The position numbers were made by a program, and so were the translations under genes. The notes beneath the pieces are model-generated. The model searched no databases, had not been told where the DNA came from, and was given only the letters and a program-made list of their open reading frames with translations. From assembly GCF_001194135.2 (NCBI RefSeq), contig NC_068983.1, positions 153,684,602 through 153,748,601 on the forward strand: a stretch of DNA of 64,000 nt, read 5' to 3'. Numbering within the stretch: the stretch's first letter is position 1; each line of letters begins with the position of its first letter. The stretch comes from Octopus bimaculoides (lineage: Eukaryota). Below, piece by piece: positions 1 through 12,767 of this stretch.

Positions 1-204
1 CTATTCTTTCCTCATTTTTATTTTTTTTTATATTTTTTCTTATTTCTTCATTGTCTTGAAACCGCTCTCTCTCTCTCTCTCTCTGTCGATTTCTCCACCA
101 CTTTACTTTTCTTTCTTTGTTCCCCCCTGTAAAATCTGTAAAACTTTCCAGACATTTATCATTTAAATATAATAAATTTAAGCATGATATGTTACTCTAT
201 GTAT

Positions 205-530
205 GAAAATTCATACATAAAACAAACAATCTGCACATATAAACATACATATATACATGAATACATACATACATACTAACAAAAATACCCTGTAGTTGAT
301 GTTGAAATTCCAATGAAGTTGCCTTGGATCTAGGTTAGAAACCGGTTCTTTCTCTATTGGCAAGAAATCTTGAAATAAACTGAATAATGACTTACATACA
401 TACATACATGCATACATGCATACATACATACATACTTGCATATATGCACACATACATACCTGCATACATACATATGTACATACGTACATACACGATAGCT
501 TCACTCGTCGAATACGACGTATGTGCATTC
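205..530. repeat. (ATAC)n-type compound microsatellite tracts
   Basis: Direct reading: repeated catacatac/atacat units in 205-290 and 395-495; explains ORF 211..528. Confidence 0.85.
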
Positions 531-559
531 AGCTATTGCCGAACGACCTGCACAAATAA

Positions 560-800
560 TTAGTTTACAATGAGCAAACGTATGTGCTATACATCAGCAC
601 CTTCTCTCCATTAAATCGACGTTGACTGAATAAGTGCACGGTGTACAAACGAGAGGTGACGAAGTATTCGCAGAGCAATGTGAAATGAATTATTCTACTC
701 ATGAAACTCCCAGTCTAGGAAACAACGAAACATCCAGTCTAGGAATTGAAACCGCGATCTCACGATCGTGAATCTATCAGCCTCGTCACTACGCCACTCA
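560..800 (-). mobile_element. tRNA-headed SINE, family C, decayed
   Basis: On minus strand: box A-like TGGCGTAGTGA (786-796) and box B-like GTTTCAATTCC (742-752), followed by an 'atttcacattgct' body also seen in the plus-strand copy at 55645. Confidence 0.5.
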
Positions 801-1169
801 TTAATGCTACTTATATATGTTAGCATTCTACAGTTATATGTTAGTATTTATAAGCAATTATATTTTGTCAAGATTTAGATTATTCGCTTTGATTATGTTT
901 TTTGTCTATATATATATAAAGTTAAATGTTTTATATAACGGCAAAGCTTTATATTTAGTATTTTTTATCATTGCATGTTTTTAACTATTTTTGGAACATG
1001 ATCAGGATTCAGAAAACAGTAAAGGAACGGAAAGAAAGAAAGGAGGATTTGTCTCGTTAGATATTCAGCTTTGTACTACAATCTGAAAAGAACTAGCCTT
1101 TGGATATAATTAATTTTAGTGAAATTTACGTAGAAAAGCCCACAAAAAATACATTGCGTATACACGTAT

Positions 1170-1403
1170 TAATACAGACACACATATCTTCGTGTATGTA
1201 TATGTATGTATATACATATAAATACATACGTATATACATACATATATATATATAAATATATATACATATATATACATATATATATATATTTATATATATA
1301 TATATAAATATACATATATGTGTATATATGTTTGTATGTATGTATGTATGTATGCATGTATGTTTGTTTGTACGTATACATGCATGTATGTATGTATGTA
1401 AAT
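1170..1403. repeat. (AT)n/(ATGT)n compound microsatellite
   Basis: Direct reading. Confidence 0.9.
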
Positions 1404-1789
1404 ATGGCCCTCAGTTGGATTCCACTTTGAAGACTCAGGTGATCGAACAACTGAATTGTCACTGGGAACTGGTTTGAAAGACGATGACCATTCCGCCGGT
1501 ATGTGCATATATAACTTAGTAGAACAGCTGAATCAACGTGACAGAGAATGTAACAACGGCGTGCGTTTGAATGACAAGTTTAATGCATTCAGCAGGATTC
1601 TTTCTAGCTTCACCATCAAGTTATACGGTGACTTGAGTCTATAGAAACTGCGATTAGGGGAAAATCCTGCTTACGAACGACGAACTTAAACATTCGGCCG
1701 TACCTCTCCTATATGTGTACATAGCTACTCACACAAATGCACACAGATACAAACACACATACAAACACACACACATATATATTTATATA

Positions 1790-1880
1790 TATACGACGCG
1801 CTTCTTTCAGTTTCCGTCTACCAAATCCACTAACAAGACTTTTGTTAGCCCGCGGCTATAGTAGTGGATACTTGGCATAA
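1790..1880 (-). mobile_element. SINE family B fragment
   Basis: Matches copies at 38215, 38430 and 48966 ('cttctttcagtttccgtctaccaaatccact...gcggctatagtag'), next to an (AC)/(AT) tract. Confidence 0.8.
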
Positions 1881-2277
1881 ATATATACATAAACACACGT
1901 ACTGTATACTGGATCTTCACTCGTTTCTTACTGTTCTTATTTTGACTCGTATCCATTTTTCGGAAATCTTTCGTCACACATCTGTGACCTGTTCAACGAT
2001 ACTTTCTGTCCTCCTGTATGTTCCTACACCGCTTCATTCCATGGATGGACTAAGCAGAAATATATGTTTCAACACTGTTTCAACACACGGTTTCACATCA
2101 AANNNNNNNNNNNNNNNNNNNNNNNNNNNNNNNNNNNNNNNNNNNNNNNNNNNNNNNNNNNNNNNNNNNNNNNNNNNNNNNNNNNNNNNNNNNNNNNNNN
2201 NNNNNNNNNNNNNNNNNNNNNNNNNNNNNNNNNNNNNNNNNNNNNNNNNNNNNNNNNNNNNNNNNNNNNNNNNNNNN

Positions 2278-2333
<56 letters not shown>

Positions 2334-4606
2334 ATATATGGATGGATGGATGGATGGATAGATGGATGTATGTATAGGCAGATGTATATACGTCACTAAA
2401 GTGACGAAGGGAGTTGATTAGCACCGATATTGCTAGAAACAAAAGTCAAAACAACTCAATAGCCCTCCAAAGCACGTTCTTAATGACGAACGAGAGAGGC
2501 AAGTTCCCTACAGACGCAGATTTATCCAGATCATCGGTGATTTCGCATTTAAATGCTTACACATCTCATGGTCGGGTATTTCTGAACACCCTCCGTATAT
2601 ATATATATATATACATACATATATAAAGCATGACAGAATATGAAATCTGGTGCGTAAGTATCGTCTGTATATATGTCTGTGTGCGTATTTGTGATTGTGT
2701 GTGTATGTATGGGTTTGCACACCGTGATAAAAGGCGTAGCTTCGTATATGTGAAAGAACATTCTTATAGAAAGAAATATTATAGCTATCATGAAAACAGC
2801 GAATTGTTATGACGTGGTATCATATGCACCACACTCATTACTAAATCGGTGACGCACATTGAATCAAATTCAGTGGGCGACATATCTAAACGGCTATGAT
2901 TCTTCACACTAGAATAAGCTGTTAATGGCAGCCTTATAGTCATTGTACGGTAAATGGTAAAATAAACAAAAATAGAATGAACTCAATTCGCAAACAGAAA
3001 TAATACTCTACTTGTTGAAAAATACCATCAGTAATCAGTGTAAATTCAATGTCATGAAAATCATATTCCATCTGTCTACAATATGCGACGCCAAAGTATA
3101 TGAACCTCACTTCATATATATCATTTTAAAGGTCTAGAAATTGAGATGATATTTATAGTATTCCATTCTATATTGCGAGGTTTATAGTATTCCAAACTAT
3201 CCGGAAACGACTCATACAAAAATGCGAAAACCACTCTTTAAAATAGAGGTCGCATGCGTTCTTTCTAGAACGCAGTGTAATATTTCTTTTGAAGTCGGTA
3301 CATTTGTGTGCGTGTGTGTGTGTGTGTGCGTGTGTGTGCATTTACGTGTGTGTGTGCGTGTGCGTGCGTGTGTGTGCGTGAGTGCGTGCGTGTGAGTATG
3401 TGTTACTTTGAATTGGTGATGCACATAGGTTTTATAATAATTTGTGTGATATTTACTTTCCTTTCATAGATTTTGCGTATATCGTATAAAATTTCTTTAT
3501 TTTATAAAATTAGGATGAACGTGTAATAAGCGCTTTGAACATCCATATCTCTCTGAAAAGTTGAAAGGAATATATATCGTTTAATTGGAGATGAAAGAAT
3601 TAAATTAATTTGAATAGTGTCTACGCTAGGTTTGACCTTTCCGTATATGTGTACATGATTAAGGAAATTGTATGGTGTTAATGGAGTTTTGCTACGCCTT
3701 GTTTAAAGAAACTGTAAACATACATTTGCTGTTCAATGGAAGATTAACAGAAAATAAATTAAATGTAATTGTTGAATTTATTGATCGTAAAGCAGTGTAA
3801 ATATTCTTGAAAAATCCTCTAATTGAATGTTACAATTCTCATATGTATATAATGATGTGAGTCAATGATCCCTGATGTCGCTGAATCTTATTAGCAGCTA
3901 ATGAATATTAAAAGACCAGAGCTCCTGTGCGGGATCTAATGCATACCAGTATATAAGTTGTACAAACCACTTATGAGTGAAGCGCAAAAACTAGCAGATT
4001 ACATATATTCACAGACTTATTCATGAATAAGTTCAGGCTGATGTATATCCTCAAAGTACTCTCAGCTCCTATATCTGTTTACTTGGATTATGATAGTTTA
4101 CAGTGTCACCATAAAGTATCTGTCCGAAGCGGCACCACTCCAATGTTTCTAAAAGCCAAACGGAAGATGTTTTGATATAATGCCATTGAAGTTTCAACTT
4201 CTTGTTGATTGAGCTGCGTGGTGTTCAACTGCTTCTCTTCTTCTGTAGGTCCTTAGGTAACTTTACCATTGTTGGAACATCATAAATGTTTCAATAAAGA
4301 TTAGATTATTTTAAACATTAAATTTTATTTTCTTGCTTAACAAATGAATATGCGCAACTGTCATATAATTGGTTTGGAAAAAGTGAAATTTAAAAGTCAA
4401 TAAGGATATAACATTTTGAAAGGTTTATCAAAACGTGAGAGTACCATAATTATTCAATAAATGCAGATGAACATCTTATAGCCCGGTAAACATCGTACAA
4501 ACTCGCAGCCTTTACTGTTAGTATCTTAAAAACTGATCAATTTAGATAGTTTATCTATACGGTATCACAATTGTGCATTTACATTTTTATTATTAATACT
4601 AACTTT

Positions 4607-4822
4607 AGGCGGTGAGCTGGCAGAGACGTTAGCACGCCAGGTACAATGTTTAGCAGCATTTCGTCCGTCTTTACGTTCTGAGTTCAAATTCCGCCGAGGT
4701 CGACTTTGACTTTCATCCTTTCGGGATAGATAAATTAAGTACCAGTAAAACACGAGTCCATGTACTCGACTAATCCTCTCCCACATATTTAAGGCTTTGT
4801 ACTGTTAGTAGAAAGGATTATT
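4607..4822 (+). mobile_element. tRNA-derived SINE family A monomer
   Basis: Head 'ggcggtgagctggcagagacgttagcacgcc', box B-like 'gagttcaaattcc', body 'gtcgactttgactttcatcctttcggg', tail 'agtagaaagg'; ten or more related copies in the window. Octopus tRNA-SINE families (OK, OR1, OR2) are described but I cannot assign which this is. Confidence 0.9.
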
Positions 4823-5621
4823 AATCTGTATTTTCATAGTACGATTTACAATTTTGCAAATGAATGTTACCTATAGCTCAAATTGACGTCTAACTATTAG
4901 GCATCGGGAATACACGAAGTTTGTTTTAGTTCAGTCCTATAATCTCGTCAATTCAGTTCCTGGATTGGTAGAAGCGCTGTATGACTGAGAATAGCACATC
5001 ATTTCACGTTCCTTTTGTCTGTTCAGTGTTGTTGCAAGCTCTCCTCGCTCAACATGCCATACTCACTACATTCCGCTTGGTCCAGGGTGAAAGAATAGAG
5101 AATACATCTGGGTATGTTTGCGTCTATACTTCACGAAACTTAAGCGACACTGGATCTATTTTCATTATTCAGAGTAGATAATTTTACACTGCTACTATTA
5201 TTACAGATATAACAACAATAATAAAAAATACACTAATTTTCTCTTTTTCCCAATATGGCTATATGTGATAGAAATGCTCTAATCTTATTATGTACCACCA
5301 CTCAAGAGTCGTGAGCAGCTTGTGGTTTAAAAGATACAAGTATTATACGGTGAGAATAACAAGTTTGCTTATACGACGTTTAATAATGACGTAGGTGCGA
5401 ATAATCATGTTTCGAAAACATCCATACGAATGTTTCTGTCTTGCTTCGGCAATTGAATAATCTGTGTTTTAGTAAGTATTCTGATACATCTTGCGTTTCT
5501 GTATTTAAATGTGCACAACAGAGTAATGGCGAGTAATAAAATCAAGTGAAAGCTAACGAAGAGCAAGGAAAATAGAATAATCGCACACATCTACTAACAA
5601 TTGTGAAGGCACTATTTAGAG

Positions 5622-6102
5622 TATCAGCCAAGGGATCAAATCATGCTCCCAAATCACAGATGCAGACGGGTGATACGTATGATATATGCAAGTCAGTGTG
5701 CATAATTTTTGCATAACCTACAACGGAAGTTTTTACCTTCATGCATGAGTGCACATCATGTCTTCATAGCTTTAAGTATGCGTTTTGCTAGAACTGAGTC
5801 TGGAGAAAGACGAAGGTTAAATAGTATTTGCCTCCTGCAGGCAGACAGTAGACAATTTTACTCCGACACTGTTATTACAGATACAACAACAATAATAAAA
5901 ATAATTCTAGTTTTCTATTATTCCCAATATGGCTATGTATGATAGCAATGAAGGCATGGTGCACGCTCAAGCACCAAGGTGAACATCTCCGTTGTAGCTT
6001 GTGCATACATCTTGCACACTGACCTGCACATACCATGCGTATCGCCTGTCTGCATCTGTGCAAGAGAAACAAGATATGTTTCTTTTGGTCCCTTGTCTGA
6101 TA
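5622..6102. mobile_element. MITE/foldback element with long imperfect terminal inverted repeats
   Basis: 5655-5771 aligns with the reverse complement of 5944-6060; outer ends tatcagccaagggatcaaa (5622-5640) vs reverse complement of ttttggtcccttgtctgata (6083-6102). Superfamily not assignable. Confidence 0.75.
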
Positions 6103-6270
6103 ATCTTATTAATAAAGGATATATGTTTAATTTTCAGTTAGTATAAAATAAAAATAAAAATTTAGATTGCAAAACTTCTCTTGCTTTCAAACTCTAGTTC
6201 TTGGTAGATTCTGAATGCATTCATGTGAATGAGAACCATACTTAAAGTAAATAGATACTCTATAAATATA

Positions 6271-6482
6271 CTTTTCTACTCTAGGCACAAGGCCCGACGT
6301 TTTGGGGTAGGGGGCCGTCAATTTTATCGACTCCAGTACACAACTGGTACTTAATTTACCGACCCCGAAAGGATGAAAGGTAAAGTCGACCCCAGCGGAA
6401 TTTGAACTCAGAACAAAATGACAAACTAAATACCGCTAAGCATTTCGCCCAGCGTGCTAACGTTTCTGCCAGCTCGCCACCT
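6271..6482 (-). mobile_element. SINE family A monomer
   Basis: Reverse complement of the 4607 copy, full length from head (6482) to tail (6271). Confidence 0.9.
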
Positions 6483-7400
6483 TAAATAGTTATTGTAACC
6501 GTTCTCTCTTCTTGAAATAAGTATGTAAAGACATGAAAGTTTAAATTGTGTGGGACATGAAGCAAACAGCTGAGACAAACTCACATGATTTTATATGGAA
6601 AGTACACCTAAGGTCTGTTGAAATTTAGAAAAGAAAAAAAATTAATATCAGGAGAAATTAGGAGTTAATGAATAGGAAAAATGAGATATTCTTTGAAAGA
6701 AAATCTAAATTGCACACAAACGTTGAAAGAATAACAGAAATTTTTAATTACGAACGTGACAAACAAATAATATGTTATTGCATGTGGGACTGGCAAACAA
6801 GCACACATTTGTATGTCTTATAGATATAGAGTACTTATATTCATAATGAGGTTTTCACAAATATTGGTTTGTGTAGATTTTACAGAAATTAGTTTCAGAA
6901 TATTTGACAATAATATAACAGAATATGAGCCTAACTAAAACAATGATACACGAACAAATATATCTTCAGTGAAAAACAACATAAGGAAACGTGAGAAGTA
7001 ATGAAATATGAAATGGAATTAGTTTAAAAATTCAAAATAATGTAAAATATATGTTATCTGTTATATACATTATTTCAGAAAAAGTATATCAATGAAAATA
7101 GAAGAGGAAATTAAACATAGAATTATAGTGGTGTTATATAACTATCGACCTCATTTTTAACACGCACGTACATACACACTCACCGATACACATACATAGT
7201 TTCATGTGTATGAGTATATATAAAAACAATTTCAAATCAAAATGAAGAATTAATACTTATTAGCAGATTAATACAGATTTAATACAATTTTAGAAGGGAA
7301 CCATGACCCCCCCCCCAAAAAAAAGCACACAAACACAAACACACGAATACATGCACACGTACATGCACATGCACACATATACATATACTAATGCAATGTA

Positions 7401-8073
7401 TTTGGCAACTAAGTTCCCGGCGTTTTTTTTAAATTTTGGAATCTTTTTTTTTTTTCTAGTTAATTTTACTTAATTTTTGTTTCTTTTCAGATCATTATAA
7501 TGGAATGTCAAGTTAAGAAAAACGAGCATTTTCGACATCTCCTTCTTTTTGCATTTAATCAATGTTCTAAGGCCGCAAAAGCTGCTCGCGACATTTGTGC
7601 TGTGTATGGAGAGAGTGCCAAAGCTGAAAGAACCGCTCGTAACTGGTATGCCAAAAACTGGAAATTGTATTCAAAAATGGAAATTTTGACCTCAAAGACG
7701 CACCTCGTTCTGGTCGGCCAGTTGAGTTCGAAGAAGAGCGATTAAACCAACTTTTGAACGAAAATTCACGTCAAACGACAAGGAGAAAATGGAATGCTCC
7801 CACACTGCTATAGAGAAGCATCTTCACTCGAAGGTTCAGAACTATGGAACATGAGTCCCGCATGCTTTAAGTGACAACAACAAAAATCAACGGGTCACAA
7901 TCTCAGCTGGTTTGCTTGCACGTCACCGCTCAACTCATGAACACAAGCAACGATTTCTTTACCGAATCGTTACACGCGACGAATAATGGTGCCTGTACGT
8001 CAATATGAAGCTGCGTAAGGAATGGTTTAGCCCCGTTAAACAAGCGGCATCACGCGTGAAACAAGATCTTCAT
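7401..8073 (+). mobile_element. mariner transposon, 5' half, frameshifted transposase pseudogene
   Basis: TIR-like 'ttggcaactaagttccc' near 7401; ATG 7500 MECQVKKNEHFRHLLLFAFNQ; across frameshifts ...DAPRSGRPVEF..., VPHAL (WVPHEL motif), RIVTRDE*WCLYVN (first catalytic D region), KQDLH where it is cut off. Confidence 0.9.
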
Positions 8074-8600
8074 GTGTAATGTTTGTTGACGTTACACTTA
8101 AGAACGTATTAAGTAAGGCATTCAAGAAAATCCTGCACACAACTGGCCTTAAGATCAAAGTTATAGAAAAGACAGGTAGGACCATCAAATCTGTATTATG
8201 TAGATCATATACATTTGATTGAATCATCTGTCAAAATAATTGTGCAGTATGTTCTACACATCCGCATGTGAACTGCAAAACCAAGAGCACTGTATACCAG
8301 GTTAAATGCCAAGAAGGAGCTTGCACGACTAACCCAGAGTCATATATTGGTGAGACTTCTAGGAGTATCAATGATAGGTTCAAAGAACACCTGGACAACT
8401 ACATTGAAAAGAAACCAAACTCTATCTTCTATCAGCATGCTGTAGACCACCACAAGGGCTCCTTAGGGAGATTTAAATTAAACATCTTATCCACACATCC
8501 CACTGATGCAATGCTGAGACAAGTCACTGAAGCTGTCTGTATACAAGAATACAAAACCTTTCTCAACCGTAAATCCGAATGGGGTAACATCCAGATTCCA
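8074..8600 (+). mobile_element. Penelope-like element 3' fragment: linker plus GIY-YIG endonuclease
   Basis: One frame from 8079: ...GLKIKVIEKTGRTIKSVLCRS, one stop at 8220, then ICQNNCAVC...NCKTKSTVYQVKC...YIGETSRSINDRFKEH...DAMLRQVTEAVCI...LNRKSEWGN; matches the GIY-YIG pattern of Penelope-like retroelements. Confidence 0.85.
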
Positions 8601-8639
8601 CTCGGGAGTACCTTCTCTCTCTTTTACATGTGGAATTCC

Positions 8640-9101
8640 ATACATACATGCTGAGATGCATAATACATATATGTAATTATATATAACCGTATGAGCTTAT
8701 ATTGTTTGATATGTATGTACGTATGTGTAGACGTATGTGCGTGTGTGTGTATGTGTGTGTGTGTGTGTGTGTGCGTGTGTGTGTGTTGTGCGTTGTGCAT
8801 GTGACTGTATGAGTATGTACAAGCATGCACGTATGAGTATGTGTAAATATATCTATGTGTGGTATGTCTATGTGTGTAAAAAAAAGATTATAATAAAAAA
8901 CAATAAAAAAATGCATATTTGAATTTTAACCGTTATCCTTGTATTAGTGTCATATATATTCGTATATATGTATGTGTGTATGTATGTGTGTGTATGCGTG
9001 TGTATGTGTGTGTATGTATGTGTATATATGTATATATGTATATATGTAGTGATGGATAAGCGTATATGCGTGTATACTTTAAGATTACACGTATATTTGT
9101 G
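8640..9101. repeat. (GT)n/(ATGT)n compound microsatellite running into a gap
   Basis: Direct reading; gap 9102-9873 follows. Confidence 0.85.
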
Positions 9102-9886
9102 NNNNNNNNNNNNNNNNNNNNNNNNNNNNNNNNNNNNNNNNNNNNNNNNNNNNNNNNNNNNNNNNNNNNNNNNNNNNNNNNNNNNNNNNNNNNNNNNNNN
9201 NNNNNNNNNNNNNNNNNNNNNNNNNNNNNNNNNNNNNNNNNNNNNNNNNNNNNNNNNNNNNNNNNNNNNNNNNNNNNNNNNNNNNNNNNNNNNNNNNNNN
9301 NNNNNNNNNNNNNNNNNNNNNNNNNNNNNNNNNNNNNNNNNNNNNNNNNNNNNNNNNNNNNNNNNNNNNNNNNNNNNNNNNNNNNNNNNNNNNNNNNNNN
9401 NNNNNNNNNNNNNNNNNNNNNNNNNNNNNNNNNNNNNNNNNNNNNNNNNNNNNNNNNNNNNNNNNNNNNNNNNNNNNNNNNNNNNNNNNNNNNNNNNNNN
9501 NNNNNNNNNNNNNNNNNNNNNNNNNNNNNNNNNNNNNNNNNNNNNNNNNNNNNNNNNNNNNNNNNNNNNNNNNNNNNNNNNNNNNNNNNNNNNNNNNNNN
9601 NNNNNNNNNNNNNNNNNNNNNNNNNNNNNNNNNNNNNNNNNNNNNNNNNNNNNNNNNNNNNNNNNNNNNNNNNNNNNNNNNNNNNNNNNNNNNNNNNNNN
9701 NNNNNNNNNNNNNNNNNNNNNNNNNNNNNNNNNNNNNNNNNNNNNNNNNNNNNNNNNNNNNNNNNNNNNNNNNNNNNNNNNNNNNNNNNNNNNNNNNNNN
9801 NNNNNNNNNNNNNNNNNNNNNNNNNNNNNNNNNNNNNNNNNNNNNNNNNNNNNNNNNNNNNNNNNNNNNNNNNATACACACACACG

Positions 9887-9917
<31 letters not shown>

Positions 9918-9918
9918 A

Positions 9919-10790
9919 CAAGGTGCGGTCAAAAAAGTGTCGTCTAAATTACGCAAAAGGGAAAATAACACTGACATTTCATTTTAACAGATATATTTAC
10001 TAACATTACATGAAAATATTTTGAAATATTAAGGATTAAATTAATTCAATAAAATTCCCACGACCTCCAGATGACTTCGGAATTTCGTGCAACTCTTCTG
10101 GACGGTCTTCTTGATTCAGTTGGTGAATGCTGTCATAATCCTGGCGTTCAGTTCATCTCTCGTGTTTCAAGGCGTTTCGTTGACCTCTCGCTCAACTGCA
10201 CCCCATACATAATAATCAAGGGTGCTGCAGTTTGGGGAGTTAGGTGGCCAGATGTTCGGGGTGATGTGGTCCCAGAAATTGTCTTACAGCCATGACTGGG
10301 TTCTTCTGATTGTGTGACATGGCGCAGATACCTGTTGCCAGACATTTGGTCTTCCAGCGGCTGCCCTCTTGACCCAGGCAGCACTACCTCCTCCAGGCTC
10401 TTGATGTAGGCCTCTGTGTTGAGTGTGATGTCATGTGTGAAGATGAATGGAAGCATAATGTCGCCATCACTGTGATTACTCCAATCACCATGATGTTGAC
10501 TGGAAGTTTGATTTTTAATTCTCGGTACGTATCCTCAGATTGCACTGTTCTCAGATTAACACCCAAACACTCTGAAATGTTTATACTGGAGATTCTGGTG
10601 TGACTGCTAAGCAGCACAGCATGTCATTTCCAAATGTCTGGGAGAGTGAATTGCGTTGTGGTGCTGTTTGACTCACAGACGGTGCCCAACTGGCCCTACC
10701 AAACCATGTAGTCGACAAAATCAAAAAGAAGCAATACGCATGCGTTAAGGTAAAATATAAAATGGCAACAATTACCCGTCGCACCGTTTA
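9919..10790 (-). mobile_element. Tc1/mariner superfamily element, maT/DD37D-like, internally deleted
   Basis: Minus-strand translation across frameshifts: VITSDGDIMLPFIF...NTEAYIKSLEEVVLP...WQQVSAPCHT...WPPNSPNCSTLDYYVWGAVERE...DELNARIMTAFTN; imperfect TIRs 'aggtgcggtcaaaaaagtgtcg' (9921) and 'caacaattacccgtcgcaccgttta' (10766-10790). Confidence 0.8.
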
Positions 10791-10999
10791 TGTACTTGCA
10801 CACATAACGTAAAATTACGTAAAAAGATACACATATGAACACACACACAAGGTATGTGTATTTGTGTGATTTTTGGTACTTTACGTGTATTAAGGAAACC
10901 AAAAGCTTTCGCGTATTATGTATATATGCAAAGATGCCTCTCATTGATATTATTGATAATTACAATTTATCTTAATACACTTTATTTCGTTTTCTCAGC

Positions 11000-11450
11000 A
11001 TGACAAATTTTAATCTCCCATATGATTATTTTATGTGTTTCTTATACTCACTGAATTTCTTGCCTACACAAGGATACTACAGCCTGCATATTTCCTTAAT
11101 ATAAAAATATTATAGGCTATTTCAATTCAGCCAATTAGTTTTTGAATATGTATTTAATCTATATTTCAAAGATATTTACTGAATTTTTCACATGATCTCC
11201 AAACCCATTCTACAAACTGAATTTCCTATCTCAATAACATTAAAATAAAATCAATGAAATATTTACTTTTTATTTTTTTTTCTATATACATAACACTCTG
11301 CCTCACCTTACCTTAACTTACTACACAAAATCTTTTCAGGATTTCCCGTGCTACCATTCACTGAATTCAATTAAAGTCACCTATATCTCCCAGTTATTAT
11401 AATTCATAGTGAAGTTAAATCCTAGCTATTTACTTTCCACCCTAGAATCA
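11000..11450 (-). mobile_element. highly decayed L1/Tx1-like apurinic endonuclease remnant
   Basis: Minus strand gives GDFN (11370-11381) followed at plausible spacing by VWRS...NID*IHI, resembling D.WR...SRIDY; many stops. Confidence 0.3.
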
Positions 11451-12711
11451 TCCTTAACTGTTTACTCTATATAACATATCATTAATTGTATTTGCATATC
11501 ACTTTATTTATTCAAATATTTCTTATTCATATCTATCTCTTATATTTACCGACAACGTCGATATTGATACGATTTATTTGAATTACATTTATTTACCATG
11601 GAATATTATTTTATATTCTAAATGTTTTCTTTTCATGGCTAAGTTTGAAAGTTGCATTGCAGCTACATTCCCCTAATACATACAACACACATATACATAC
11701 CAGTTGTTTATTCTTTCGTTACTCTCTTAAAGTGTATTTATTACCTAGTAACTTTCTAACATATGCACTGTGTGTCACCGGCATAATTTTCATTAGTAGC
11801 TTGCTAGAGTGCAATGTTTTCTTGTATGTTCGCATTTTCGAAAGGAAATCCTGCTATAAATTATTTGACGTGCTACATTATATAATCACACGCACACGCA
11901 TACACACTCGCACTCACACACAGAGGCACGCACACACATGCGCACACTCTCACATACATGTATATATAAATATGCTTAGTTTAGCTAGATGATATCACAT
12001 ACGACTACCGGAGTATTTTTTTGAATTATGAAATCAGTAGTGTGTAGATGAAATTAGAATGAGCATCACGTCCAGCGATTAAACGTTTTCTTTCGACATT
12101 ATATTCCCTACATCATCTCCTCTGCTCTAATAGTCATTGTGAATTTGAAACAATTTTTTGCATTGTATAACACATAACCATACAAAATTGGTGAATATAC
12201 TATAGAATACGAAGGTGTATAAAAGAAACTGTTCGGAAACGGCTAGAGGAAATGTATTATAGAATGTGATAGAATAGAATAGTTACAATGCTTTAAAACA
12301 TGCGTGCTGAAATCGTCTGGTTAGACTACACCATTCAAGGTGGTTCCCCAGCATGCTTGCAGTCCAACGACTAAATAGAATAGTAAAATGAATGATTTGT
12401 TTATATACGATATAAATATAAAAATATACTTACAAATATATATATATGTATATGTATGTATATATACACATATATATACAAGTATGCAAGTATGTATATA
12501 TATGCATATATATATACGCATATGCATATATATTTATATATATATANNNNNNNNNNNNNNNNNNNNNNNNNNNNNNNNNNNNNNNNNNNNNNNNNNNNNN
12601 NNNNNNNNNNNNNNNNNNNNNNNNNNNNNNNNNNNNNNNNNNNNNNNNNNNNNNNNNNNNNNNNNNNNNNNNNNNNNNNNNNNNNNNNNNNNNNNNNNNN
12701 NNNNNNNNNNN

Positions 12712-12767
<56 letters not shown>

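Noticed and set aside
1960-2430. TGACGA...CCGA(A) motifs at about 1955-1990 (minus) and 2400-2440 (plus) as hammerheads
   Set aside because: Stems I and III cannot be formed and the cores are incomplete.
3860-4260. Higher-complexity block with an 8-nt exon-like segment at about 4249-4256
   Set aside because: All frames have stops, weak donor, no recognisable family.
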